From assembly GCF_006345805.1 (NCBI RefSeq), contig NC_043002.1, positions 63,612,001 through 63,676,000 of the forward strand: DNA of 64,000 nucleotides. The letters run 5' to 3'. A model generated the notes under the pieces. The model saw only the letters and a program-made list of their open reading frames with translations, made no database searches and was not told the DNA's origin. The translations under genes were made by a program, and so were the position numbers. How positions within the stretch are numbered: position 1 is the stretch's first letter; every line of letters begins with the position of its first letter. The stretch is from Octopus sinensis. Taxonomy: Eukaryota. Below, in pieces: positions 25,421 through 39,420 of the stretch.

Positions 25421-28024
25421 TCACACGTACATATATCTATGTATATATACGCGTGTGTATGCTTTCATTATATCTATGCATATCGTCTTATTTATGTATA
25501 CACTTGTGTATGTATGTATGTATGTATATCACACGGGCCTACATCTTCTAACATTTATTCATCAAACAATGGAGATGTAATCGAATGTCATTTAATAGAT
25601 TTACGCGTTATTCTCAAACGCTGAATTTGTATAAATGCTGATAAGAAGAACATAAATAATTCTGAAGGAATCTTGCCTTACGTAATGACATCAAAATAAT
25701 TCTCATTTAATAAAACATCTAATTTATTTACTATGTTTCAAAATGTTTATCATTTCACACTGTAGAATATTCCACATATAATAAACAAATAATTTAATGT
25801 TTATATAAATGGGATTCTTTTCTTCTTTCTGGGGGTATTAACACTATTACTATTATCATTATCGCAATTTCTACTGCTTCATACGTATTTCTACTTCGTT
25901 TGAAGCGCATTGCTCTTTCCAACACTTCCTTTCGTGTATGTAGAAATGAGTTTGTATAAACTATAATTTTCTTTCAATATGGCAATTGTTTGATTCTAGT
26001 TATTTTTCGCGTGTTTCTGTATTGGCTGCGTAAGAGATGTGCAATTGTCTTATCTTCTTGGATGGTGATTGCATTTTGTATTAGCTGCATGAGTTGTGCT
26101 ATATTTTAATGTCCTGTGTTGAATGACCTGATAATGTGTTCTGAGGATTTTCTTGCGTTATTACGTAGAATGTGCTTTGTGCGTGTATTCAGAAGTGTTT
26201 TAGATGTGCTTTAGTATCGATTTTGCAAGAGTTTTCTGATAATTTATTTGCGGAAAACTATAGAGAATATACGCTGTGTAAATTTTACGATACACTTGCT
26301 GTCGAGTTTATGGTGTATATATTAGGTGGTTGCTTTGCAGTGATATATGCGAAGCAAGTAGCATCTGAATATGTGAAGTGGGCCTACTGAGGTATTGTTT
26401 GGACAATTACTAGTTCCATGTGTTTTTTTCTATACATTTATCCCATATTTATTTACAACTCAATGAATGTTCCTTGGTCAACCGTCAGTCCAATATTTTC
26501 TCGAGCAGTGATCATACTGTCTATCAAATTAAAAATATATAACTGTTCACCTTTAGTTCTATGTGAATGTTTTGACCCGGTCTCTTTGTGGGGTTGGGCT
26601 GGGTGTTTACTGTCATGTCTTTGTAAGTACTTTCTCCGCACATCTTTATATTCTTTCATAACTTTTCGTATGGAAATATTGGCATATTGTAAATATTGAT
26701 GCGGCCATGTTTCAACATATTGTAGGAACTTGGCGCGTTTGTTTAACCAGAAATTACATACTTTTTTCATCGCATTTGTTTTATTTATTATCATTGTACT
26801 GGCTGCATTTGAGATTTTTTTTTTCCAGTTCTCGTTCTAGCCGAACGGCGATTCAGGCCTTCAAGATTTAGATCTTTCATTTCTACTTTGAATCCACAAC
26901 TATCGAGCTTTTAACTTTCGTCATCCACATCTACATCAAGTGTGCCAAGTATTGCAGAAATTTGCCATGGCGTTGTTTCTTCTTTACCAATTTAGAATAT
27001 AATTTTCCTATGGCAGTAATTCGAGCAATATTTCGATCATTACTTTATTGTCTACACTTCATGTAATTCATTTTATTTTATTTTTTATTAATACGTATCT
27101 TTGCCTTTTCTGATACACTGGCTACATAATTAAAATTGACGTGGAGGCACCACCTTTTCTTACCTGTACATATGTATAAATGGCAAATCAACGATGTAGA
27201 ATATAAATGCATCTGCAAATAATGTACTCCCTGCTCAAAGCAAAAAGGAAACTTAACGAATATTTCCTTGATACGTTTAATTCCTCTAGTGTGAGTGACC
27301 ATGAACTTCAGTTTTATCGATGTTTCTTTCCTTATCCAGAAATATAATTTAGTGATATTACACGGATACATTCGTTTTCCTCTCTATTATTTATGCGATG
27401 TATGTTTGCTAAATGTCAACATTTAAGATATTACAATATATCTGTTTCGATTGTGCTAACGTTGGTACAGATACGTGGACACTAGAACGCTTTTATATAA
27501 TGCTAAATTTTCTGCTTATCACACAGTACAGAATTAAAACCAGAAGACATTGAAATACGTACGATAATATAAGCTGAAGCTAAAACAACACTACGGTCTT
27601 GTTACGAATTGCAGATCCTTAGAGCATACATCGATCAATCATGGCCGAACGGAGATTAAGAAAAACAATACATATCTATATAGATATTTATTTTGCTGAG
27701 CATGATCAACAGAGAGACTGAAAGTTTAGTTATAATAAAACAATTTTAAAAGAAAGACGGGATGAAAAAGAAAAAAAAATCCATCCATTGCGGTTAGAGT
27801 AGATGTGACTCTTCTATATCTACACAAATACCCTATGAAGTTTTAAAAATACATGTATTCGTATTATATAGAATGGGATGAGGACATTCGATAAAACTGC
27901 TGAAAAACTTGCCACATACTTTGCAGACAAGGAAGCAACTCAATGATAATATACGTGTGTCAAATGACATATTTTCTGTAGTTTCTGGCATTTATATAGA
28001 TTTATGGATAATACTCAACTAACA

Positions 28025-28061
<37 letters not shown>

Positions 28062-28157
28062 CAGGCATGCATCGATACTTACACACGCACACAAACGCTT
28101 ACATTCACACCGTTCTATCAATGTATATACATATAGCTATGTATGTGTATATATATG

Positions 28158-28296
<139 letters not shown>

Positions 28297-29674
28297 ATAT
28301 TTATATATACATATGTATGTTTGTGTCAACATTTTTTGTATATATTGCATTCGGAAAGAATATGGTTTCTATGAAGAAAACTATAGAAAATAACGCTATT
28401 TTTGTAGGTAGCATAATTAATTGCACAGGAGAAGATATTGGACCCCACTGGCGGATTAACAGGTTCCAGCAAAATTTTAAATTTATATCACGCAACTGGA
28501 GAATGTTCGATTTGATAAGATAAGGAACAGCTATAATTTGTTTCGCTTTCAGCACAAGACAGGGGTGTTTTTTTCTTTCCTTTTTTTTTTTATTAAGATA
28601 ATAAATGTACTTTCCGCAAGTATAAATTGGTTTGGTGGCCAACATTGGTTTATTTCATGGAATGTAGTGGTCGTTTCATGTTTGTCACAGAATAGAAAAT
28701 ATAGAAAGTAATGAAAGGAAAACAGTGAGAAATAATTATATAAACAATTTTATAGTCATTTTTTTGTCTCCGTCTCAGATGTTCTCTCTGCACACATACA
28801 GGTGTGCACGCATGAATAGATATACATACACTAAGCTTTACATAATCCACTTATATATGTATATGTATATATGTAAATATACATATATATATATATATTT
28901 ATGTATATATTTATATATAGAGAGAGACACACACACACTTGTATGTTTGTCTGTCTTTAGGAGTATGTGTGGAAATTTATATATGTAGTTCTTATTTCTT
29001 GTAATATAGGTTTCCCAAAGCCCTAGTCCCATTTAGTAACAATTATAATTCTGATTTGGCGAAATATTGCAAACGTATATATATATATATATATATATAT
29101 AAGCTTATTATATAAAGAGAATGCTGTTGATGATAAGGCCTAATAACTTTAAATCATCGTACTATTTTTACAGAGATTGTAAGACAACAAACAGAAAATC
29201 AAGTGTGATATGAACAAACTTAATGAAATAAATATTTTAATTTACAGTTTAACCGGTGAAGCCCAACCAGGACTTATCACACGTGAATGTGAATGTAAAT
29301 ACAGTAGGTGGAATATCGATACGAATTTGGCGCAGTTGAACGGATAGAGGTGAATGTAAATCCTATAAACGCTATTTAAGTTTTCCTAATACTCCTAATA
29401 ATAAATAAGAATCGCATATGCTATAGATAAAATAGGACGAAAAGTTTGCAGAGAGTATGTCTGTCGAGCGTTCAAACATGCAATGGGGAGCTTCATCATT
29501 CTTAGAAATATGTTAATAGAAATTTTGCAGGCTAAGTCAATAAAAATGTGGAGATAGTGAACGACAAACTGGAGTCTCATAAGATGAAATTATCAGAAAA
29601 TATATCGTGCATGCATACACACACATAGATGTCCATAGGCACACACACACACATATATATATATATACATACAT

Positions 29675-29765
29675 GCGGGAGAGCGTAGGAGCGAGAAGTT
29701 AAAGACTTTTTCAATTTCCGAGTGTTATACTAATACATCTGTTTGTTGTCTACGCCACCTGTACA
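29675..29765 (+). mobile_element. Highly degenerate copy of the hammerhead-like short repeat (second subfamily)
   Basis: GAGCGTAGG...GTTAAAGACTTTTT...CCGAGTGTTATACTAATACATCTGTTTGTTG matches 38845-39045 reversed. Confidence 0.5.
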
Positions 29766-29969
29766 TGCAAACATATATGTACGTATTATGTACATAGGCA
29801 TGCATGCATGTGCATGTAGAAGTGTATGTATGAGTGTATTACATACGTGTACATATAGGTAATATTTTTTCACTAGAATAATATTCGAAATCGGATAATT
29901 TCACTGGACGCAACTTCGACACTTAGAAACATCCTATTCTATTTTTGTTAGAGAATAATAAATACATGT

Positions 29970-30015
<46 letters not shown>

Positions 30016-30039
30016 ATATTATATATATATATATAATAT

Positions 30040-30082
<43 letters not shown>

Positions 30083-30113
30083 GTGTATCTATTCATTTCT
30101 GTGTCTCTCCTCT

Positions 30114-30159
<46 letters not shown>

Positions 30160-30160
<1 letters not shown>

Positions 30161-30335
30161 CCTCTGTCTTCCCTTCTCGGGATCTTTCCTTCTCCTATGT
30201 TTCCAACGAAGAGCTCCGCTCGAAACGTTAAACCCTCCTTCTTCCCTTCTTTCCTGAGCGTCCAATAATACTTTATTTGTTCCACGTCCTAGCGTTGTTT
30301 TGTTTTTTGTTTGTTTGTGTTTTCTTGTTGGATTA

Positions 30336-30340
<5 letters not shown>
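30160..30340 (+). mobile_element. Short (AT)n-flanked repeat with hammerhead-like motif
   Basis: GTTT CCAACGA A GAGC-TCC-GCTC GAAAC GTT AAAC; reverse homolog of 16665-16830. Confidence 0.65.
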
Positions 30341-30420
<80 letters not shown>

Positions 30421-30430
30421 TATATTTATA

Positions 30431-30621
30431 TACACAAAATTTAAAGCTGACCACTAAAAGTGGAGAGTTAATATGCTAGATATAGACGTCAAAATCGCTA
30501 TTTTCCACGAAGAATGTGTTCTCAGGAATACACATTCTTCGTGGAAAATAGCGGTTTTGACGTCTATATCTAGCATATTGACTGTCCACTTTTAGTGGTC
30601 AGTCCTTTAAATTTTGTATGT
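30431..30621. repeat. Near-perfect inverted repeat (about 88-bp arms, 10-nt loop), MITE/foldback-like
   Basis: 30431-30519 is the reverse complement of 30530-30621 with a few mismatches and one small indel. Confidence 0.95.
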
Positions 30622-30703
30622 AAAAAATATTTTTATCTTTGGATTTTTTTAATAAGCCATGCCACTGGCTTTAATTGATTAATATCAATTTCTACCCTTA
30701 TTC

Positions 30704-30756
<53 letters not shown>

Positions 30757-31333
30757 ATATCTATATATACAGTCATCAACACATGTGCGTGTGTGTACGC
30801 ATATCTTCGCATGTGAGTGCATGTGTTTATGTGTGTTTGCCACTGCGCATGCGTACGTAAATGGAATACGAGCATATTGCCTCCAATAATTACACTGCGT
30901 TGACAACATAGGTTTCAACGAAGTTATCTTGCAAGCAATCATTTCCTTATTTGTAGCAGCATTTATCAAACTTTCGTTTATATTTTAGGAAAACAAAATT
31001 ACTGCTGCATATCAGAATATATATAATACACATACACGCGTAAATACATATATAAATGTGTGTGTGAGCGTGTCTGTGTATGTGTGCATATGTGTGTCTA
31101 TGTATAGATAGGTAGTTAGATATATATGTATGTATATATGTAGACATACATATATATATATATACATATGCGTGTGTATAAATTTATATATATATATTTA
31201 TATATACATATACACATATGCATATATTCTTACACAAACACACATACACACACACATATATACTCGAAAAATATATGTTATACGTGTATATATATATATA
31301 TATATACTCCCAAATATATATTTTATACATATA

Positions 31334-32612
31334 CTAGCAGAGATACTCGGCGTTGCCCAGTTATATTCAATTGAAGAATTAGACTTTTCTGTTATATCTT
31401 CTGTAATGAACTGGAATATATATGTTTCGAATTTCATCAAAATTTTAGGTGAGGGTTATTACCCTCTTTACACACCCTAAAAAAATTGTAATCGTGCCAC
31501 ATGTATCCCATACTATTGATTTTTATGCGCATATTCCAAAATTCCAGGCATATTGAACCTGTTAAAAAGATTTTGCTCCTGTAAAATGAAGGTCATGGAG
31601 CTCTAAAATGTGAGAGTTAAGGCCCCTGTTGGGGGTTGGCATCTTAATGTCAACCAGAGAATTTGAATTGTTGAAAATGTTTTAACTTGGATTGTATATC
31701 TATTGTTTGAATTTCTTTAAAATAGGAAATATATATTCACTGGGGTTGTAAAAGAGACTAAAGCTATAGGAAACCAAAAGACGAATGATCACAATAAGCA
31801 GTCAGTTATTCTACCCTAGTTGTTACCACTCCCAATGTAGGATTCCTCACCATCCAGGTGACAGGCACAGCCGTCAGATGCATTACGAATCTATAGCAAT
31901 TGGAAAAGCGTGACCCAACCGAAATAAACATTACCAGCTGTGTGACGTGAGGGCTAAGGAGAAATTAAAGTGATAACTCTGGAGTTTGCAGATGATACGT
32001 AACTGGACAGAAAAAATCTAAAATCTATAAATGTCTTTGAATAACCAGCCACTCATCTGGCAAGGCCTTGAAATCAATTTTACAATCTGGGGACTGTGTG
32101 TGACCGAGTGATAGCAAAAATACTGAAATGAAGTCTGCAATCAAATAAATTTACTCAACACTTTGCAACTGAATCAGTGGAGGCAAAGATACCTCTCATT
32201 TACTTGACAATTTATGCAACACATTGCAGAAATCAAAATGTAAGTGTATTTCAAAGCAAACTGCTACACTGTTGTACCATTGAATTAGAAATACTGCCCA
32301 ACTTTTATGCTCGGGTAACCCTACAGTTTCCAAGAGCACAACTGTATTCGTTTTTGCTCAGATAAAATGACAAAATTGTGCGTGTTAAGTTCCCATGGAG
32401 GTGTCTTTCTAACTTTGTAAGAAGATGAAATTTTATAAATATTACTTCATTTGTGTCTAATATATATGTTTAAAATTTCCTCAACAGCAAAAATATATGA
32501 ATCGCCATGGGGGTTATGGCCCATTTGCATAGAATATAATTTCCAAATTTCATAAAGTTTGGATCATAAAAGAAATGACTAAAATTTGGGAGTTAAGGCT
32601 CCCATTAGAGGG

Positions 32613-32690
<78 letters not shown>
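31334..32690 (-). mobile_element. Non-autonomous Helitron (third family)
   Basis: Plus strand TA|CTAG-CAGAGATACTCGGCGTTGCCCAG is the reversed 3' hairpin/CTAG end; 5' end lies in the (AT)n(AG)n tract near 32660-32695, exact position uncertain. Confidence 0.6.
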
Positions 32691-32697
<7 letters not shown>

Positions 32698-32700
32698 CAC

Positions 32701-33608
32701 ACACATACAAAGATAAATTGATAGATACAACTGAGTGGGCAAACAAAACTATGAGACACAGCCTAGTGCTTTTTTATGTTGATTAGCCTAGTACCTATTC
32801 TATTAGTTTGTTCTTGTGAAACCAGTAAGTTATGTGGATGTAAATAAATGAACAGCAGTTGTGAAGCAGTGATGAGGGTGAAACACAAAGACACACGCAT
32901 ACCCTTACATATATACATACACATATATATATATATACGATTGATTTCTTTCAGTTCCTGTCTACGAAATCCATATATATTGTTGTTGGCATCCTTTTTG
33001 TCTCGGGAGACAATGGAGTTGCGCATAAGATAATCTAGTCCAGGTTTTACATTTCATGTCCCAATACATCTCCTGCTGTGGCTGTGTAGCCCTATCCTGG
33101 ACGAACACTCTCTCTGGCAGGTGCCGCAAATGTAGCGAAGACTTTGCCTCGCTGGTTGTAATGTCATAGTTTCTTGTTGACGTCTTTTCTTGTCTTTCCA
33201 TTTCTCCTCTCTCTCTATGTCACTTCTTTGTGTTCCCTCATTTACGGTACGTCGCCAATATCCACGGTTGCTGGCAACTGCTTCCCAGTTGGTAATATTG
33301 ATGTTGCAGGCATTCATGACCCTTTTGCAAACACACAAAGATAAATTGATAGATACAACTTAGTGGGCAAACAAAAATATGAGACACTGCGTAGTGCTTT
33401 TTTTATATTTTGATAGGCCTGGTAAATATTCTATCAGTTTCTTCTTGTGAAACCAGTAAGATATGTGGATGTAAATAAACGAACACCAGTTGTGAGGCAG
33501 TGATGAGGGAGAAACACACATAGGCTTACATATATACATACATATATATACATATATACATACATATATATATAATTGATTTTTTTCAGTTTCTGTTTGC
33601 AAAATCCA
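32701..33608. repeat. ~275-bp diverged direct repeats (32701-32973 and 33331-33608) flanking the RTE fragment
   Basis: Both begin ACACA(TA)CAAAGATAAATTGATAGATACAACT and end AAATCCA. Confidence 0.9.
32981..33331 (-). mobile_element. 5'-truncated RTE LINE (last ~350 bp)
   Basis: ORF 33054-33338 ..YICGTCQRECSSRIGLHSHSRRC; about 80% similar to 43346-43710; ends GGATGCCAACAACA. Confidence 0.92.
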
Positions 33609-33730
33609 CTGACAAGGCTTTGGTTAATCTGAGGCTATAGCAGAAGACACATGCCAAGTTACCACACAGTGGGACTGAACTGAGGACCATGTGTTTTGGA
33701 ACCAAGTTTGTAACCACACAGCCACACCTT
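33370..33730 (-). mobile_element. SINE family A, diverged
   Basis: Head at 33610-33730; tail lies inside the duplicated segment. Confidence 0.75.
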
Positions 33731-33787
33731 CACCTATGTGTGGGGTGGATCGGTGTGTGTGTATGGGTGTATATATGGCTGTATATA

Positions 33788-33838
<51 letters not shown>

Positions 33839-33881
33839 ATGTGTGTGTGTGTACATCTAGACATACATGTTTATATATACA

Positions 33882-34270
33882 CTAGCAGTATCACCCGGTG
33901 TTGCTTGGTTTGTTTCGACCCTTTAGATTTGGAATTTTTGAAAAAAAAAATTTTGCATAATGCAACTTGTTATTCTCTTCAAGTGAACATTTTTCCAGTT
34001 GAAATCCACCAAGAAATGGTGACACAGCAGTCAAAAATCGTAAAAAATAGGGATTTTCATAGAAAAAATGCACCTTTTTGATGTAAATAATTTTTCGTGT
34101 TAACATGGTCCGATTTGAATTTTATCTTCTACAGAATAAAGAGCAAACCTTCTTCTATCATACTCTCAATTTTGGTCAACTTGCGCTGCAAGGTCTCGAG
34201 GGAGATAGTGTTAGTTGAAGGCTACCAAACCTGCCACACACAGACAACTTCATCTTTATATATATATAGA
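33882..34270 (-). mobile_element. Short non-autonomous Helitron, both termini
   Basis: CTAG at 33882 with hairpin CACCCGGTGTTGCTTGG; TATATAGA|T 5' end at 34270. Confidence 0.8.
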
Positions 34271-34665
34271 TTTGCTACGCACTACGTTCCATCCTTAATA
34301 ATGAAACTTGGTAGATCCAAAAGTGAAACACACACACACAGATAAACACACACAAGTTGAGTTTTATATATATAGATATGCGTTTGTGTGTGTGTATGTA
34401 TGCTTGTATGTATTATGTCTGTATGTATGCATATATGTATATGAGTATGTATGTATGTATGTCTACATATATTCAGTTATGTGTGTAAAGTTACTGTATA
34501 ATCATATAAAATGAACACTGTACAATATCCAGCGGCACAAACTCACGCTCACACATTTTCAACGACACATACGCCAAAACCAATCTCTGTCACACTTACG
34601 AAAATATATGCGTTGCTGAACTTTCTTATATTTGCGTGTATATATATATACATATACAAACATAA

Positions 34666-34696
<31 letters not shown>

Positions 34697-36419
34697 CACA
34701 AATATATATATTTTGTATAAATAAATACATAAATAACTAAATATATGAATGTGATGCCGGGCTGTTTGTTAAGTAAAGTCGAATTTAATAAGCAAGATTA
34801 AAGTAAACTAAATATATTTATGATTATAGCAGACTTGTTTATCGAATCAGCTATAATTTAATATTTACATCAAACACTTTCCAAGCCAACAAGGGGGAAA
34901 ACGTGACGTAACTAAACCACCTGACTTTACAAGCCTGGAAGTTATTAATATAACATGGAAGCCTTAGAAATTATGTAAATTGTGTCTGTATATGTTTTGT
35001 GTATTAGTTTATGTCTAATAGGCGTAAATAGTTTTGATATATATGAAAAGTATTTACAACTACCTCTCTATTCATCGCATTATCTCTCTGTCAATCTGTG
35101 CTGTATTTGTTTATATTTTTCACTTTGCTCTGTGTGTGTTTGTGTGTGTGTTGTGATATATGGAAAATATGATTCTTACAAAATGCATTTGTTTATACCG
35201 AAGTCACGTCTAAGAGAATTTCATTTCCTTCGTCTAGTTAGTTTTATTGTATAGGAACTATATAACTATTTATATATGTGTTCCTACGAATGTATGTATG
35301 TATGTATGTATGTATGTATGTATGTATGTATGTATGTATGTATGTATGTATGTATGGAAGTATGTATGTATCTATCTATCTATCTTTCTACGAATCTGTC
35401 TACCTATCTATCTTTATATATATATATACATATACATACATATATATATAATTAAGCTATTTTATTTCCTTTTCTATGATATTCTGCCCTACTTGATTAT
35501 TTCATTTTATTTCTTTATTATTTTATAATTAGCCTTTAACATTTATATAATTAATTTTAATTTTTGTATGTATAAGTTCATACATGGCGTATATAAAACT
35601 CTACTGGTATATTCACTACTTATAAAAAAACTGCTTAGATTATAATTTTATTCATATATAATTAGCATGTTCATTTACCTCAATACTTCTTTATTAATAC
35701 CAGTATATTCCAATTAATCAATATTCAAAGATACCATCTGCTGAGTTAGTATTTAAGTGTACAATGTGTATAAATATTAATCTATTTCTGGATCATTTCT
35801 TTTCCTCCCTCTTTTGTGGTAACAGTTTGGTATATACTCAAAAGTATTCATAAATTTCTATCCTTTTGTTATAATATTCTTTTTAATAATCCGCCGAATA
35901 ACAATAAACTTTTAACTGTATACGAAATAGTAATATTGTTTAAAATATTTAACTATAGTACTACATGATAAGACTTCTCCTGTTTCATTATCAATAGTCT
36001 GCTAGAGGGCGACATCCTTAATTGTCGGCTAGTATATTGTTTTAAGCTTTCCTTTACCAAACCTCATGATATTGCTTCTAATAAGTCTTAAATTTTATGA
36101 CTATTCCAACTATGATGTCTGTCTGCTCCCTCAGCCCTACTCATAATAGATACTGCCTTCTGTTCTCTCAGCCTCAGATATACAAGGGATTTGATAAGCT
36201 AGTCTATAAATTAAAATTGACCCTATAAAAACAAAAAAGAATCAGTGACAGTCAGAGTCTGTAACAATGTGTATCTTCTTAAAAACTTAGTAACTTCTAT
36301 GCTAGAGTGAGACAGCATGTTCTTTGTCTATCTCCTTAACTTCTTGGAGATTTTAGGTTGAAGCATACTAAATGATGGTGATGAAGGTGATCATTATTTT
36401 ATCCTGTATCCCCACTTAT

Positions 36420-36750
36420 TTCAGTCCTTTTTCTGCGGCCATTTTAAAATCAAGTACTTATTTTATGGGTTACTTGTGCCGATAGCTAGCTTATGGGGAT
36501 GCATTCACACCAGCAGTGATGGTGTGGGGACACACACTCATATATATATGTGTAGGTATATATGTATATATGTATGTTTGTATGCATGTATGTATATATA
36601 CAAGCTTCTTTCACTTTCCATCTAACAAATCCATTCACAACGCTTTGATCGGCCTGCGTCTATAGTAGACGACACTTGCCCAAAGTTTCCATGCAGTAGG
36701 ACTGAACCTGGAACATTGTGGTTGTGAAGCTAGCGTCTTACCACACAGCG
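36420..36750 (-). mobile_element. SINE family A, diverged
   Basis: Homology to other copies. Confidence 0.75.
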
Positions 36751-37772
36751 AAACTTGTCCCCAATGCATATTTTCATTATGGAAATCGTCATGAAAAATT
36801 AGTGGGAAATTTATTCCTGATATTGAAGACGACGCACTTGAAATTATTGGAGAAGATGATATCTCCTAATGAAGGTGGGCTTTAATGTTATAAACATCGG
36901 TATTTCGCTCACTGGTGATTGCGATAAAGATGGTGCTGGTGATGATGTTGGTGCTAATGATAATGATTTTCGTGATTTGAAAAGATACTACAGTATTCTC
37001 TTCGTATGAATATATTTATATTAATATCTGTTTCTCATCTTTGCATTTTGATTTTAATTTTATTTTCTAAATATTTTAACATCTTTTTTCTGTAATTGTT
37101 TTTAAATATGTTTCTTCTCTTTCTGGTTTTTCATTCTTCATTCCTCATTTTCTAATTTTTTATTGTTCAGTTTCTCAATTTGTGTGTCCTCAACGTTTTT
37201 CTCTCCATTGCTCAATTCTACCATCTTTCAGTGTTAACCTTTTGGTTTCCTCGTCGACGACCCGCTACAGTTCTCTCGCAAGTATGACCTCCTCTTTCTA
37301 CCTGTTCATTTTTACCTCCTCGAACAGCTTTACTTCTCTTGGCATATCACCCCTTCTCAACAGCCTACTACGGCGTCATTCTGTTCCATCTCTCTGTACT
37401 ATTCATGATTTAGTTAATGATGGTAATCATTGTGGGTTTTGTAGATCTATTCGAATGGGGATATAATGAATGTCTTTTTTTTTTTTGTGGTGTTAAGTCA
37501 TAATATCTTGGGCCGCTGATTTGTACGGTGCATTAGTTTCCACTAGGTAATAAGTAAACAATTTAATTTATTTGTTTTAATTGCTTCCGATAACAAGGCA
37601 CATTATATGAAACCAACTCACTCCAGACATGTAACAGAAGGCAGGTGTATACATATCTGTGTGTATGTATGGAAGTATGTATGGGTGTCTATGTATGTAT
37701 GTAGGTATATATATATGTATATATATATGTATATATATATATATTATATATATATATATATATTATATATAT

Positions 37773-37804
<32 letters not shown>

Positions 37805-38810
37805 CATGCACGCAGATACATAGATAGATACACACATGCATGTAAATGTATATATATATATTATATATATATATTATATATATATATATCATATATATAT
37901 TATATATATATATTATATATATATATTACATATATATATATATATTTATATACATACGTACATTCGTACATTCATACACACACACATATATATGTATGTA
38001 TGTAAGTAGGTATGTATGAATGTATGTATTCGTATATTGAAAATGAGATAGAGAATCAGGGAGCCATGTGCTGCAAACATCCTTCCTTCTTTTAGTTATT
38101 GAGACAACGTTATTTACTGTTTCCAATGCGCAAGGCTGCATACAACAATGTATTTCACACCATGATGGATTCACTGCTTTGATGTTGCTTATTCACTTGT
38201 GAATACCGATCGAGTAGCCTTAAGATGATGGCCATTCAAGACCTGTCTATACCGGGTTTTGTGTATGTGGAATGAACCGAAGTAAATAATATCTGATGCG
38301 TCTTTTTCTAAGACAGTTAGTTGTGATTTAAAGGTGATTTGTCTGATGTATAATATCGAATTTAACTATTCTTACTTCGCGGATCTATTGCGAAATTACT
38401 CAACAAGTTCGTCAATGTTTCGTAAGTCATCATAAGAGCAATGCCGGCGAAAACACGTTTAAACATTGATGATATTATCGTAGGAAGACAATCAAAGAAT
38501 ATTATATAATACGATCTCGTGTGTTTGCGGCGCGCACGTGTGAGCGTATGTGTATGTATGTATGTGTGTGTGTTTGTGTGCTTGTGTGTGTGTGTGTGTG
38601 AGTGAGTGTGTGTGTGAGTGAGTGTGCGTGTGTGTGTGTGTGTACCATAGCTTATGATGTTTCAGATGGCTGGAATTGTGTAGTCCTTCTTGATACAATT
38701 CTTGGCAAAGAATGATAATTTTGTGCTCTACAAAAATATTCAGTTTTCCCTCAATTTCATGTTAAACTATTTATGTAGATAAGTAAGGATTAAAAACATC
38801 TCTCTCTCTT

Positions 38811-38843
<33 letters not shown>

Positions 38844-38844
38844 G

Positions 38845-39144
<300 letters not shown>

Positions 39145-39223
39145 ACTGATTGATAGATAGATACTCAAACAAGCGTGGATAGGCAGACACACAGCCACAA
39201 ACACGCAAGCAGACACACATATA

Positions 39224-39420
39224 TCTATTATATAAAATCCGTTCTGTTTGTCTGTGTGTGTGTCTTCAAAGATCTCGGGCATGTTCCATCCGATTGCGCT
39301 CAAATTTGCTATGTAGATACCGACGGTATCAGGGTGTGTATAAGTCTTGAAAAAATTACAAAAATCGATTCCTGGTGAGAATGCGATCGATAAAGCCGTA
39401 GGAACGTGCATTTATACGCG
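39224..39420 (+). mobile_element. Helitron-like 5' terminal fragment
   Basis: A|TCTATTATATAAAATCCGTTCTGTTTGTCTGTGTG resembles the 5' ends at 4154, 14813 and 34270; no 3' hairpin/CTAG found. Confidence 0.55.

Noticed and set aside
27164-27230. Minus-strand candidate micro-exon with CAG|GTAAGA donor
   Set aside because: Peptides unrecognised and no partner exons; expected by chance in 64 kb
38200-38370. Minus-strand ITFKSQLTV...IYFGS...KTRY as a possible second GIY-YIG
   Set aside because: Weak match, and the DNA resembles a non-coding interspersed repeat end (CAAATCACCTTTAAATCACAACTAACTGTCTT)
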